64,000 nt of DNA from Flectonema sp. DT1601 (Eukaryota), in NCBI GenBank assembly GCA_964019425.1, contig OZ025783.1, positions 868,001 through 932,000 of the forward strand, written 5' to 3'. The notes below the pieces were generated by a model, which worked only from the letters and a program-made list of their open reading frames with translations, was not told the origin of the DNA and made no database searches. Each line of letters begins with the position of its first letter. The first letter of the stretch is position 1. The translations under genes were made by a program, and so were the position numbers. This document shows positions 35,801 through 47,816 of the stretch, one piece after another.

Positions 35801-37844
35801 AGAAGATGCAGACGGAGGTTGTCCCACTGCAGTGCCAACTCTTCGAGCTTTGGGTTGTGAGAATCCCCTCCCTGCATTGCAGCAGACAAGGCTCGCATGT
35901 ATGCTTCGTGTGACCAACGTGCTACTTTAATACATGGCATAACAAGACAATGAATTGCGTCACACGCAGTGAAGAATATCTGTGTTGCAAAGTTGTACGC
36001 ACCCGAATTGTAATTACCCTTCCAGTCTCTATCAAGCTTTACAGCCTGCTTCCAAGTAGAGTGATTCTCTGACGCAAACTGTGATGTCACGTACTCTAAC
36101 GAAACTTTCTCGCCCAGTTTTTGACAAACAGGCTTTGCTAATATGAGTGAAATCATAGTGAAGTTGATTGCTAAATTATCTGGCATCTCTGTACTTCTAA
36201 TCCTGCGCATTGTTGCTTTGCTCATGTCTGCCCGACCGATAGCACTTTTAGTGATACTGTATTAATATCGTATTGTTGATGAACAGAAATTCCATTTTCT
36301 TTTATTATAAAGTACAAACCTGTTCAACCATCTCAAGGCTACATCTTGACCTGCTCTGCCACCCTTAATGAGAAGGGCATCTTTCACTAAACCAGACAGC
36401 TCTGCGACAATACTTTTTATAATGTCACGCGGTCTGTGGAGTACCCCGTCGACTTCATTAGGATGAACCCTAGGGTAGTTGTGAACACCTGTTGTGTTGT
36501 TTGTTTTTCACTTTTCTGATTGACTCATTTAAAAAAAGTTTCTATCAAATACACACCTCTCAACAAGGTTACTATTTCAGTAGGGTCAGGGGCGAGCATA
36601 AATCGGGAAACCCAACTAGACATAACAAGCGCTCGATTAGAAGTGATTTGAGCAGTTTCCTTTTCAATCATTTCTTTTAGCAGAGTCATCCCTTGTGGTG
36701 AAGCAGACAATAATCTAGCGAGGTACCCGCTGTATCTTGTCAGTAATGGTAGTCCTTCACGTTGAACTGCCTCTTGACCTTCACGAATTAAATAATTTGC
36801 AATCGACTCAAGAACTTCACCAGATATATCATTCGAGTGAGCGGAGATATCGTGAAGCATTTCATTGACGGATGTGATCTCTGGGTGTTTTAATAGTTCT
36901 CCGATGTATTGCTGTCTCAGTGTTGGATCATTGTCTAAGCAGACAGGAATGAAAGAAGACATCAAATGCACTCGCAAGCCATTTGCGATAGCATCACAAG
37001 TTAAAGAGAAGTTCTGCTTCAATAGCATGTCACGTCTTACTTCTCTCAATCTCCCATACGCACTGACTGCGTAACTTACTCTTTCTGCTTCTGGGTGAAG
37101 TGAAAGCAATTTCTCAACGTCAGCATCTGCCAGGATGCTTTCTGTGTCGTCTAACTTCGCAAGAGCACTCCAAAGATCAGATTTGATTGTGCTGTAGATC
37201 TCATCGACAGCGTAAGCAAAAAGACTCGTCACCAGAGTAGGGATGTTGTCTTCTTCAAAATCAGCTTCCGATTCCTGAGCGTGTAGGACATATCTGTTTT
37301 TAGTATTAAAGTTTGATTCAAGGAGCACTTTGAGTGGTTACTATTAATTAATATTTACTACAAACCTGATTATGTACGCTGACGTTGCCTCCCCCTTAAC
37401 GGATGCAAGGATACGGTCAGCCGACTGCGGTGTTCTCTTAACGGATGGCGTGGGTGCAGCGGCAGGGGGTGTAGCTGGGGGACCCATCACAACAGCAGGC
37501 TTGAGAGACGGAGGGGGTTGCGGCTGAGGGGTTGCCGGTTGGGGAACCGGAGCGGCCTTCGGAACGGAACTACCTGCCATTCTAGCAAGACGCTGCTCCC
37601 GCATCTGCTCCGGCGTCAATGCTGCTGATGCTGAGCTCCCAGCATGTAATGTTCTTCCCGTGGGTGCGGTCTCCTTTTCTGGGGTCTCTTCCGCTTCTCT
37701 CCGAAACGCATGAACTTTCCCTCCGCTTACGATATTTATTCCCTTTGCTCGCATAGGTGCATCCCCATTGTCCCCGTCGGACTTCTTATTTTCGTCGTCA
37801 CTATCTCCCCCAGGTGGTGGTGGTGGTGGTGGAGGCGAACTCAT
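32827..37844 (-). CDS. Ufd2/UBE4-core + BIRC6/UBE2Z-type ubiquitin-conjugating domain + C-terminal UIM; 10 exons, ~1398 aa
   Basis: Exons 37844-37366, 37293-36557, 36488-36320, 36256-35738, 35661-35295, 35220-34516, 34311-33678, 33568-33245, 33175-33126 and 33039-32827 are joined by nine GT-AG introns into one open frame of 4197 nt. Ufd2-like motifs: EQMREQRLARM, DNLAINF..I.L.LAKP, YNFATQIFF, LPVYLLEDALD, NPRKYDYD. UBC motifs: [65 protein letters not shown]. Confidence 0.85.
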
Positions 37845-37855
37845 TTCCTTTTACG

Positions 37856-37875
37856 CTGAAAAAAAAAAAAAAAAA
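37856..37875 (-). promoter_or_regulatory. Candidate SL trans-splice acceptor, poly(T) followed by CAG
   Basis: Minus strand reads T17-CAG-CGTAAAAGGAA-ATG immediately before the ATG at 37844. Confidence 0.45.
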
Positions 37876-38068
37876 TGTACTCCAGAACACAACTACTCGA
37901 TAAACATGTTATCAGTCAACACTGATACTTTGTAATCATCGCTGCGGGTACTCCGAAGCGGAAAAGCTGCTATTTAAATCTAATGACCCTTGTCAAGCAA
38001 GTTATCAAATAGATGGACAGTACGTGTCTGTAAAATGTGCATTCCGAAGTCATTCCTGCAGTTGTTTC

Positions 38069-38492
38069 TCACCTCCTACTACGACCTGTTGTAGTCTTTG
38101 CTTGACTTGACATTCTTCCATCTTCGGTTAAGCACTTCGATCCAGAAGGATCTCCGTTCAAGAAAGCCTGTATTCTGTCTTCCAGTATTGGAACCATCTC
38201 AGCGACAACAAACAATTCGAGTGGACCCAGTTCTTCAATTATAAGTTCACGGTCAAAGGCAAGTGAGCAGTCCGAATCTACTTTTTTGATAAATTGTTTG
38301 ATAGCATCGTCGGTACTGTTTTTATTTCTTCAGAAAGTCTCCGCAGACATTTTTTTTTTTTAAAACCACCAAATCCTGTCAAGTTCGATCACCACCCAGA
38401 TCATTTATTGAAATGAAATGACACTATGGATTAAGAATGATTGCTACATACCATGAAATGTGAATCCCATGCCGCGTCTTTAGATCATCCAT
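38069..38492 (-). CDS. TFB5: TFIIH subunit p8 / TTDA (Tfb5), 95 aa; 2 exons (38492-38452, 38315-38069); absent from the ORF track
   Basis: Spliced product MDDLKTRHGIHISCTDDAIKQFIKKVDSDCSLAFDRELIIEELGPLELFVVAEMVPILEDRIQAFL... matches the Tfb5 pattern G+.I.C..a+KQF+..+D....IIE+L....LFV...V..L..R+. Intron 38451-38316 is GTATGT...AAACAG. Confidence 0.8.
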
Positions 38493-39247
38493 TTTAAGTT
38501 ATGCACAACTATCGTGTGCTTTCTGAAGAAAGCAGAGAAATGCTACAGTTCTTAAGTAACAATGTTAACCTAAAGGTTTTCAGCTCGCAAATAAGTCGCA
38601 CAATATTTTTATAGTGGCTGAGAAAAGAGCAGACCTTTAGATAGCCAACTGCACCTATCCCAGTAACACAGCAGGCTAGAAATAGACAGTAAAGGGTAAT
38701 TATTCTCGCAGTCAGTTGTTTCGTAGCTCTATCGCTTTTTTCTTACCTGGTGTGCGCCAACTCTTCAAACTTTCCCACTATCCGTTACTGGTTAGGGGAA
38801 TTCTGTTTTCATTTCCACTCATTTTCCCCTTTGCCACTAAAACTCGTCGACCAAGTTTTGAATGGTCTGGGTGTACACAAAAGAATCCCAAAATATAAAA
38901 TAACTAACGGACTTTAAACCGTCAAATGGTTTACCTTGCTGTTTATATACATTTCTAAGTTCTTACAGCAATGTAATGATTATTAATAATAACGTAACTT
39001 TATGTGTTCTACTTGATTGGTTAAGTGATGCCTTAAAGACACACATATTTCACCGTCACCCACCGTATTTGCAGTATGAGAGCTTCGAGCCGTTCCGTAA
39101 AAACTGAACGACGAGCGTCTCGTCCGCTGGGGTTTTCGGGGACTCTCATTAACTGATTTCAGAATTCAGAGAGGGGAAAAAAAGTATCCTCAGTATCACC
39201 AAATAAATAACAGATAACAAACAACAAGACACAACCCAAGCTGCCGT

Positions 39248-40656
39248 TTAATCTCCTTCTGAGTCAAGGCCACCTGCGAGCCTAAAAGGTTGGTATTTAG
39301 TTTCTTCATTGGTGCCCGTTATTTTCATTTGAATGTGAGGTAGCAGCCTGTTTGGAGTATTTGCTAATAGTCAGAGTTGTTATTTCATTCAATTCAAAAC
39401 AGAAGAAAAGATACATACCACTCAGGGAAACTGACGTCGCAGTTCTTTGTTGAGGTCTCAACTTCCAAAAGCAATACCTGTGCCTGCTTATAGTAGTCAA
39501 GCTGGAACCAGAAGTTATCGTGGGGAAAGCAGCGCCGCTTTATTGTTAAAGGGCGGCAAGACTTCATTGCCTGCGTACACATGTCTGAATATTCCCTCTG
39601 AGATATGAGGGTTTCAGTAGATTCCAGTCGGGTACTCTTTGATGATGGCGGAGAAGTAAAAGATGATGAACACCCAGAACTACAGTCTTCCGAAGGAAAT
39701 GATCCCAAATCCAAAAGTAGTCCTTTCGGTGGTGGGGTCTTCTCATCGACTGGCATTGGAGCCCAAAGGGGAGTTATCATCGTAATCTTCTTCGTACACT
39801 TCGTATACGAATCTGTTTCGCCTACATATTTCCTACTAATCCTTCTCCTCAAGTATTTGTTCTCAACTGATGTGCTGCCCTCAATAAAAGTGATTTCAAT
39901 TTGAAAAGCATCGATGTCTGGGATGCTGTCACTTCCAAGTAATTCTAAACTGACTGCGTACTGCTGTCGGTATGTCATTGGGGATTGAACTCCTAGAAAA
40001 CGACAGACGTTTGAGACTGCGTGTTTTGTCTTTTCTTCCATCCCGCTGCCTTCCACTTGCGGATTCTCAACGGCTGAGAATCTCGGATGATTACCCCAAG
40101 CATCAATAAGAATGTTATCAATTTCAATAGCCTGACATTTAGTGTAACAACCTACCTCATGCGTTGCGTTGTAAAACATCTCTGCACCCTTCGCAGCAGT
40201 GGATAAGTGTAGTATGAAGTCGTATCTTGAATGTATTGTTTGCTCTGATAGATTCAGTTGAGAAAGTACATCAAGCCAAGCATCTCTGTCGGGAAGGTGA
40301 ATAACGGAATCTAGTAGACCAGTATCACATATCACGACAGAAGCTTTTTCAGATGCTACTGCAATGCGGACAAGAGAGTCTTCGATTGTCTGTTGCATTT
40401 TCAATTTATTAATTACCCAGCTCTTTATCGCTTCACAGTTTTCACCACACGTTGACTTCAGACCAGCTCCAGCGTTAGTTATGAGACCCGTGGCTTCTGG
40501 GACTACGAAAACCTGCATTCCCAAGTTCCGAAGTCTCTCTTCCAACTTCGCCATCGTAGTCGTTTTCCCTCCGCAAGGACCTCCTGTCAGAGCAATTCTA
40601 CGAACCAATTCAGATGGTGGTGGTGGCCACTCGATCATCCCAGACTTGAACACCAT
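39248..40656 (-). CDS. AAA_28 / TRPL-translocation-defect-14-like P-loop NTPase with a C-terminal CYTH-like domain; 2 exons (40656-39419, 39347-39248)
   Basis: RIALTGGPCGGKTT, VPEAT, ICDTG, RYDFILHLSTAAKGAE.FY; C-terminal KRRCF...F.LD.Y, LLEVE and (after a 71-nt intron) ITG....Y....LA. Confidence 0.78.
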
Positions 40657-42648
40657 ATTAAGTGCTGTACTGTGGGGAGATGATTACTATAATTTTAAAA
40701 AAACATCTTCATTCTTATTGCGGCCAAGATTATTATTATTTTTTTTTTTTTTGTGATATTGCTGGAAAAACGATTAACAATTCATGCGAACTTTCCTTCA
40801 TCAACTCCACGACTGCGAATTATAATAAACAGTTATGAAGACCACTTGTGGGTGCACACAGATTGATTAAGAATAATATCCGACTACTTTATGGTGATTT
40901 AGAGAAACACCCACGTCCTCAAGGAATTATTTGGTTCACTTTTTGCTCCCATTTGGATGTAAATTCTTAACTTCAGGAGGTAGGATACATCAAGAACAGT
41001 GCTAAAGGAATGCGATTATTATAAAGTCGGAGTTCGGAGTTTCAAACTTCTCCAACGAAATCAAAAAAGGGGGAAAAAAGAAGAAGAAAAAAAAAAACAG
41101 AGTTGGCTACACGAGGGCGTTCTTAATTCTCCTCAAGATTATAGTCGATGACAGGGAATGGAAAAAAAAAAACGAAAAAAAGTAGACAAAAGGGATGGGT
41201 GGGGAAAGACAAAAAAAACGAAAAATATCAAAACTGAAGTTAAAGTGAGGAATGAAAAAAAAAGAAAGACGGGGCAAACTACTCAAAAACAGTACAATTC
41301 ATTAGCAGTTTCCCCAAAAGAAATAAACGCGGAGGCTATGTTTAGATACGGTTCCTTGGCAATCAAAAAGAGAGGCTTTCTGAAACTGCCGTCACTCATG
41401 TCTTACTTTCACCTTTAACAGAGAATGCTCTGTTAAGTCTAATGGAAAAAAAAAAATTCTTTCCTTCCTAAAGTCGTGCACACCCGCACTATAAGGTTGC
41501 CGCGTGGACGAAAACAACAAACAATTAATAATATGCAAAAAAGGACTTGAGAATAGCACAGAGGGAACGCTTTCGAGCTCCCTACTACTTGTTTACTGAG
41601 AGACTGGATCTGAGTCGAGGTTAGCTTTCGCGCAAATCCGAATCTCACCACAAGTGCTGTATTGTTGTGTTGTGGTTGTGTTGTGTAAGCAGCCGTTATT
41701 TATGGGCTTCAATGAAAAAACAAGTCTTCAACTGCAACCCACTTGAATTTCATAACAATTGCTAATCAAATATATTAAACTCAGTTTTTTTTTTGGGAAC
41801 TTGGGAGACGAAACAAAACACAACGTAAAAAAAGGATGATCGCTTTGTTTCTTATTCTTCATTGTATTGTATTGTATTGCATTGCATTGTTTTTTTTTTT
41901 TTTTTTTTTCCGTTCCCTCGTGGTTTTTTACTTCACACCTTTATAATGAACATGACCGCGAAATGGATTAACAAAGTGAACAACCGTGCTGTGAGTGTTT
42001 AGTACCACAAAGCTAAGTTACAATGATCAAGTTTTAGTGAGTTAAATGAAGTTTTTTTTTTTTTTTTTTTTTGATTGCTTTTCATTTAAGTGTCGTGGAA
42101 TAATATAACAAAGAAATCTTTGCTACGTTTCGTGGGGAGGGGGGAAGGGAATAACAGAAAACAGTAACAAAGCTACCAGTCGTAGCAACCACTGGATTAT
42201 TCAGCCTCTTTCAGTTAGGGACTTTGTGAGGAGATCAGCAGTCATATGTTACTGTAACATTGTGTGTTAGCGCTGCTGTGAAGCTTCTGAGAACACACAG
42301 AGCTACAGACAGGTGACTTTATAGTCGCCTCCTAACAATTGACTACCAGGTACATCTTATAGAAGTAAAATGGAATAAGAAAAACCACCGCCTGCGCGTA
42401 GAATTATTGGGAGAATAATGTACACTTACACTACCAAAATACATGTACGGAATACTTCCACACGAATTATTGGTACGAAGTTGTCTTCACTGCAGGTCTA
42501 CAGTTTATGCTTTTTTTATATTTTTTTTTTTTTTTATGTCACTGCGGCTCTGGGATGGGAAGAGAATATCCAATAGTATCGCACGAGGTTGATATTACAC
42601 TTTCTACAGCTCCTGAGATCGGATACACTTGCGCTCAATACGCAGTGA

Positions 42649-43689
42649 TTAAAACATACAATAATAGTTTGTCAACATCGAAGCAGCAGTCAACTTGAAT
42701 GCTCTCTGCTTGAGGCATTCACAGCGTTCTAGATATGTTGGTACATCCAGGTTGGATACCAACATGTTCTGAATAATACGATTTATTTTGAATAAAGTGT
42801 CATCACGCTTGGCGCGTTTATTGAAGTCGCGAACAAGGATACCGTGTCGACGATTTAGTTCGATGCAGAACGGAGAATTCTCAACGACGACAACTTTATC
42901 AGAATTACGATTTAAGTAACGAATGTCCTTGGCGCTGGTCTTCCAAGAGAACCACTTATCCGATCGGGTTATCACGTGAGTGAAATCCGTCGCTTTTAAA
43001 TTTAAACTCGCAAGAGCTACCTCCGTAGCTGAGCGTGTTGAGGCTGTCCACAATATAACTTCACATTTACCTTTGAGACCTTTCACTAGGTCTCGTGCTC
43101 CAGGTCTCTCGTGAACTTCTCCGAGCTTCGGATGAGAGAGCAGTGTTTCATCCATATCCAGGACAACAGTGTACACTCCAGTCCATTCTTCTCTTTGTGG
43201 TGGAAGTAATTTAATTTCCCCAGCAGATGGTGTAGCGGTGGGAGATAGCGACGCTGCTCTGGGTTTCTTTATTACTCGTTTTGCCTTCTTCTTTACACGG
43301 CGAGCAGTCTGCGGTGCAAGACCAATGCCACCAGTCCCAGCAGAACCAGCTTTAATTATTGGTGAGATTTCTCGAGATGATCGCGGAGGAGTTGGTGCTC
43401 CAGACTTTCGCTTTGTCGCAATTCTTTTTTTAAGAGAAATCGGAGTTGAGGTAATTCCAGTTGTTGGTGCAGAGGTTCTTGTTGATGGACCTAAACCTTT
43501 TCCTTTTGGACCAGTAGGCACTAGTGGTCTCGGTGCCATTATCGTCACACCAGTTCTCTCTCTAGGAGTGCCTGATGGTTCCTTATCTTTTCGTGGTGTC
43601 TCCCCTCCTGATGTTTTCTTTAATTTCACACTATTGGATCGGACAGTTGAGGTGCTTCGGGTCCCCGGCATCCCGCCAGGTGCCGTCAT
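42649..43689 (-). CDS. NLI-interacting-factor (FCP1/SCP, HAD family) phosphatase with a basic low-complexity N-terminus
   Basis: VVLDMDETL (DxDxT), ERPGA, EVILWTAS, KD+..LNR and VVVENSP motifs. First ATG is at 43689. The last codons might be interrupted by an intron (TATT|GTATGT). Confidence 0.85.
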   Translation of the reverse strand: MTAPGGMPGTRSTSTVRSNSVKLKKTSGGETPRKDKEPSGTPRERTGVTIMAPRPLVPTGPKGKGLGPSTRTSAPTTGITSTPISLKKRIATKRKSGAPTPPRSSREISPIIKAGSAGTGGIGLAPQTARRVKKKAKRVIKKPRAASLSPTATPSAGEIKLLPPQREEWTGVYTVVLDMDETLLSHPKLGEVHERPGARDLVKGLKGKCEVILWTASTRSATEVALASLNLKATDFTHVITRSDKWFSWKTSAKDIRYLNRNSDKVVVVENSPFCIELNRRHGILVRDFNKRAKRDDTLFKINRIIQNMLVSNLDVPTYLERCECLKQRAFKLTAASMLTNYYCMF

Positions 43690-43852
43690 CTCCGTCTTGT
43701 GTAGGAAATACTGTTGAATGACATAATAAAATACCAACACTGGAGACACAATAGGCTACTCTCAACGATAAGAACGTTTTTTCCTCACATTCGCTGATAG
43801 AAAAAAAAAAAAAGAGCTTAAAAAAAAACTGAAACCTTGCGAAATGATGAAA

Positions 43853-45166
43853 TTACTTTATTGAATGTATCCCTTCTGAGAAAGGCACTCTAATATTATT
43901 ATTTTCCTGGCTTATTGTCGGTATTCGATCTGGTTTGGCATTCAAACAGATAGAATTTAATATATCGATGAGGCCAATGGGACCGACAATCAGCTGAATG
44001 TCTGACGCCACTTTAAAGAGAAAGGGAGTCGGGATCAGATGACGAGATTTGTACAACGCTAACAGAGATATGCACTTTGAGGACCACATCGGAGATGGTA
44101 CATATTGCATCGCACAGTGATATACAACAAGCAATCGCAAGAAAGCGATTTTTGATCGATTCTTGTCTCCCATCAGTTCCAACCTCTGGAATATAGATTC
44201 CGCAAAAGACGCGACTGCCTTGGCACGTCTACAACTCTTAGCATCTTCACCAGAAGGGTCAGCTGACTTTAACTTCATAATATCATTGCTGCATGATGTC
44301 AGAAGGTAGCTCACATCTCCCGAATCCATGCTGACGGATGAAGTGTACATCTTCCTCTGAAAACAATTAAAACATTCTTCTAGAGTACCCGAGTCAACGT
44401 ATACTTTGAGAAGACGATTCCAAGATACGCGGTTTGGTGCATTGCTTCCTTTCTTATTTTTAATTTCTATCATAATTGCCTCGGCAGCATCTTTCCCGTT
44501 GACTGCCCCCCTACAGTGGATGAGGAGAATGTTGTAACACTGAAGTGACTTTTGATGGTCAGGAAGTTGTTGCAGTACTTTGAGTGCTGACTGTAAATCT
44601 TTCTGACAATGTAGTAATGCCTGCCAACAGTTTTGAGTCATTTTGACTCTCGGGATGTTCTGAAGTAACGACATTGCTGCCTGGCGGTTCTCGTTGATCG
44701 GAGTGTAAATTTGTGCTGCAGACGAATCGGAATTACTACCTTGTGGGGTGTGCTGTTTGTTCAAGATTAACATCGCAAGATGAGCGCTAATATTTGGAGT
44801 CGGGAAGTCACTTGATTGGATTGGATACCATTCTTTTAACTCTTTCAGTGCGGAGGTGGCTTCAGTGACAGTTCTTGAACTCCTAGCAGCCAACTCGACA
44901 ACTGTTCTCGTTGCTCGCACGTTGTCAGATTTCATCATCGAGAGGATTTCCTTTGCGCTATCCCAACACTTCCAGTGTTTGCAAACATGAAGAGCTGTTG
45001 TGTAAGTTTTAATACCGGCTGTTGTAGTTCTATTTTCTCTAATTTTACTCAATTCTGATTTCGTTAAATTCACTGCAACCCCGCGAAGCTCTCTTTCAGT
45101 TATGCGACCTGCTAACATTTTTAAGTACCCGGCACAGCCAGCATCACTACTACCGAATCTCTTCAT
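43853..45166 (-). CDS. Pentatricopeptide-repeat-like protein, probably mitochondrial
   Basis: 437 aa with PPR-like units KTYTTALHVC...WDSAKEILSMMK, QCYNILLIHC...AEAIMIEIK and PNRVSWNRLLKVYVDSG. Confidence 0.65.
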   Translation of the reverse strand: MKRFGSSDAGCAGYLKMLAGRITERELRGVAVNLTKSELSKIRENRTTTAGIKTYTTALHVCKHWKCWDSAKEILSMMKSDNVRATRTVVELAARSSRTVTEATSALKELKEWYPIQSSDFPTPNISAHLAMLILNKQHTPQGSNSDSSAAQIYTPINENRQAAMSLLQNIPRVKMTQNCWQALLHCQKDLQSALKVLQQLPDHQKSLQCYNILLIHCRGAVNGKDAAEAIMIEIKNKKGSNAPNRVSWNRLLKVYVDSGTLEECFNCFQRKMYTSSVSMDSGDVSYLLTSCSNDIMKLKSADPSGEDAKSCRRAKAVASFAESIFQRLELMGDKNRSKIAFLRLLVVYHCAMQYVPSPMWSSKCISLLALYKSRHLIPTPFLFKVASDIQLIVGPIGLIDILNSICLNAKPDRIPTISQENNNIRVPFSEGIHSIK

Positions 45167-45938
45167 TCAATCACTCACTTATGTTATTGAAACTCGTACA
45201 TATTATTTATTGAAGTGAGGAAACTGAATGGAAAACTACTAATTCTGTAGAATATTTTCCGAAATCACCAACTCATCACAAAAAAAGAACGAGGTAGTGC
45301 CTCCACTTTGTAACCCAGAAGGTGGATTTTATCAACCTTCGGAACACGTTACCAACCCAACTTTTTTTTTGTTGGGTTTCGGAAGCTATATTTGTGGAAC
45401 TTTTCGTACTTTACCTGTAATTGAATGAACTTACTCAACGAGATGGACCACAAGCCATTCCAAAACAGGGTTACAAAGGATCTAAGGTGAAGCAATAAAT
45501 CGAGGTTTCCTTTCTTTCTGTTTTCTTTTTTCCTACAAATTCGTGTATTTTCAGAGAAACAAAAAAATAAAAACAACAAAAGGAGTGAGAAATACAGGTA
45601 CAATACTACTTTCTTTCTAGTTGTAAAGGTTAATAGAATGGTTGATCCCTCTTTAACCTTTCACAGCCTAAGAGGAACTGAAGCTGGAATTTCAAAACTT
45701 CAGCAAAAAAGAAAAAGAAATAACGTCAACTGCCGAAAGAATCAGGCGATGCGATACATGTGAGAAATGGAACGCGATAACAGATTTTCGAGTCCATTTC
45801 ACAGCTAACCCATGCAAATACTAAGCACGGGTGGGAAGATAACGTAGAAAGAGGAAGGTGATTTACATCAAATGAAGAGAACATATTGGATTCCAAACAC
45901 ATCTTTGATTTACTAATGGCTGCTAATTGACAACCTGA

Positions 45939-47816
45939 TCACACAAATCGTCCAGATGGAATACGCGGGGGACTAATATTTCTGCATCTAGAAGGGTGAA
46001 TAGGAAGTATAGACTGAGGAATGCCCGACACTGCTGAAGGATAACTGAGAAATGCTGCTGCTGGTTGGGTCGTTGTTACCGCCTGTGTGGGATCTGCCTT
46101 TTGCGGGGCAACACCATCAACCCAAATAGGCATATCGATAGGATCATACCCACCAGGTCCCCTTGAAGGCTGCTTTGAATTAAAAGATGTGAATTGACCA
46201 GACTGATGTTTGATGAGGTTTTTAAGAACTCCGCGGGTTTCACGAAGTTTTAATTCCGATTCGCGGCGCATTTCAACGCCGGTCTCAACACCGCTTAAGA
46301 TCGCCTCTTGCGCTTTTGATAGCTGCTCCTGCAACGACTGAACTAATGAATCTCTTTCCTTCACTTGATTATTATACCCAACCGTATTAGTTATATTGGC
46401 TTGGATAGGTTTGCTACGGAACCTTGCCTTCAACTCTTCGTTCTCTACTCTAATTTGGTTTATCTCGGCTTCTAAAACCGACATTTTACCACCCTTACTC
46501 GAGCTGCTAGCGCGTCGACCACGCTTTCTCTTTTTTGTAAATTCGGTCATGGCCTCACCAACAGTCATTCCAAACAGTTCCTTCTCTTCAGCTGAGAACT
46601 CCGCACGTGTTTCAGCAACTAACTTCTTAAGCGCCTGAGCCAACTTGGCATCGAGTTGTTCGATCTTCGTAGTGAACTCACTTAGGATATCAGTCAATCG
46701 CGTGATTTCAGAATTCCTTAGCGCCAGGGCTTTTTCTAATGTCCACACTTGTGACATAAGAATACTTGGGTCTTCAGCTGACTGTAGCTGCTCTTCTAGG
46801 GCTTCTGCTCGTAAATTAGCTTCCTGTTCTCGCTGTCTACTGGCCTCCAATTCTGCCATCAGCGCCTCTCCATTACTTTCCTCCGCCTGCTTCTTCCAGT
46901 ATCCTGCCTGCTGTTGCCACTCGACCAGAGTTGCCTCCAACTCTTCGATTTTCACGTCCTTACTGTCGCAAGCTTCGCATTTATCGAATGAACTTTGTTG
47001 TGTTTTTAAGACTTTCTGTTGTTTTGCTTTCAGAGGTGTTTTTGGCAAGTTTGGTGGCACAGCACCCACAGGAAGTGTTGCTATCGGTTGGGCATCGAGA
47101 GGGGTCCGCGGTGTTGGAGGACGAGGAGTAACAGTTACCGAGTGTTGCGATACGATGGATTGAGTTCGAGATCTCGTGTTTGATGGAATGGCTGAATGAG
47201 TCTTTGCCACAGAGTGAATGGATACTACGGAAGGAGATGCCGATATGTTTGAAGCAGGTGGTGGGGCGAGTGGAGTTAGTGGAACAGCAATGGGTGTTGC
47301 GTGAGCGCTAGCAGGAGGAGTTGGCTTCGGAACTGACGTGGTTGAGTAAACCGATGTCTTTTTCGACATTTTAGAAACCATCGAAATATGTGAGTCAGCA
47401 CGTTCCCTTGTAGAGGTCACAAGGGGTGTGGCTGGTGCATTAGAAGGAGAGACAGCAACTGGTGCGGCGGGTGATATTGGAGTTGGTGCTATCGGAGTAG
47501 CAACTTTAGGAGGTTCTGAAAGTGGAAAATCTTGAGGAGCAGCAGCTGGTGTCAATGACTGTGAGACTGGAGTAGATGTCTTAATCGGAGGTGTTGGCGG
47601 AGGCTTTGCAGCCGATTGCGGTGGCGCCTTCACAACCGGTGGTGGCGACTCAGTCGGATCCAAGTGTTCTCTCAAAGCATCTAATCTATCCTTCCAAGAC
47701 ATACTTCCCCAAACTTCTTTACCATGTTTCATTGCTGCTTCTCCTACTCTTCCCTGATCGAATTCTAGCAACATCTTCCTGGCTTCCTCGTCATTCCCAG
47801 CCTGTGGAATCGGCAT
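45939..47816 (-). CDS. Hypothetical Pro/Ser/Thr-rich protein with a long coiled coil
   Basis: 625-aa intact ORF; low-complexity N-half followed by heptad-rich E/Q/L segments. Confidence 0.75.
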   Translation of the reverse strand: MPIPQAGNDEEARKMLLEFDQGRVGEAAMKHGKEVWGSMSWKDRLDALREHLDPTESPPPVVKAPPQSAAKPPPTPPIKTSTPVSQSLTPAAAPQDFPLSEPPKVATPIAPTPISPAAPVAVSPSNAPATPLVTSTRERADSHISMVSKMSKKTSVYSTTSVPKPTPPASAHATPIAVPLTPLAPPPASNISASPSVVSIHSVAKTHSAIPSNTRSRTQSIVSQHSVTVTPRPPTPRTPLDAQPIATLPVGAVPPNLPKTPLKAKQQKVLKTQQSSFDKCEACDSKDVKIEELEATLVEWQQQAGYWKKQAEESNGEALMAELEASRQREQEANLRAEALEEQLQSAEDPSILMSQVWTLEKALALRNSEITRLTDILSEFTTKIEQLDAKLAQALKKLVAETRAEFSAEEKELFGMTVGEAMTEFTKKRKRGRRASSSSKGGKMSVLEAEINQIRVENEELKARFRSKPIQANITNTVGYNNQVKERDSLVQSLQEQLSKAQEAILSGVETGVEMRRESELKLRETRGVLKNLIKHQSGQFTSFNSKQPSRGPGGYDPIDMPIWVDGVAPQKADPTQAVTTTQPAAAFLSYPSAVSGIPQSILPIHPSRCRNISPPRIPSGRFV

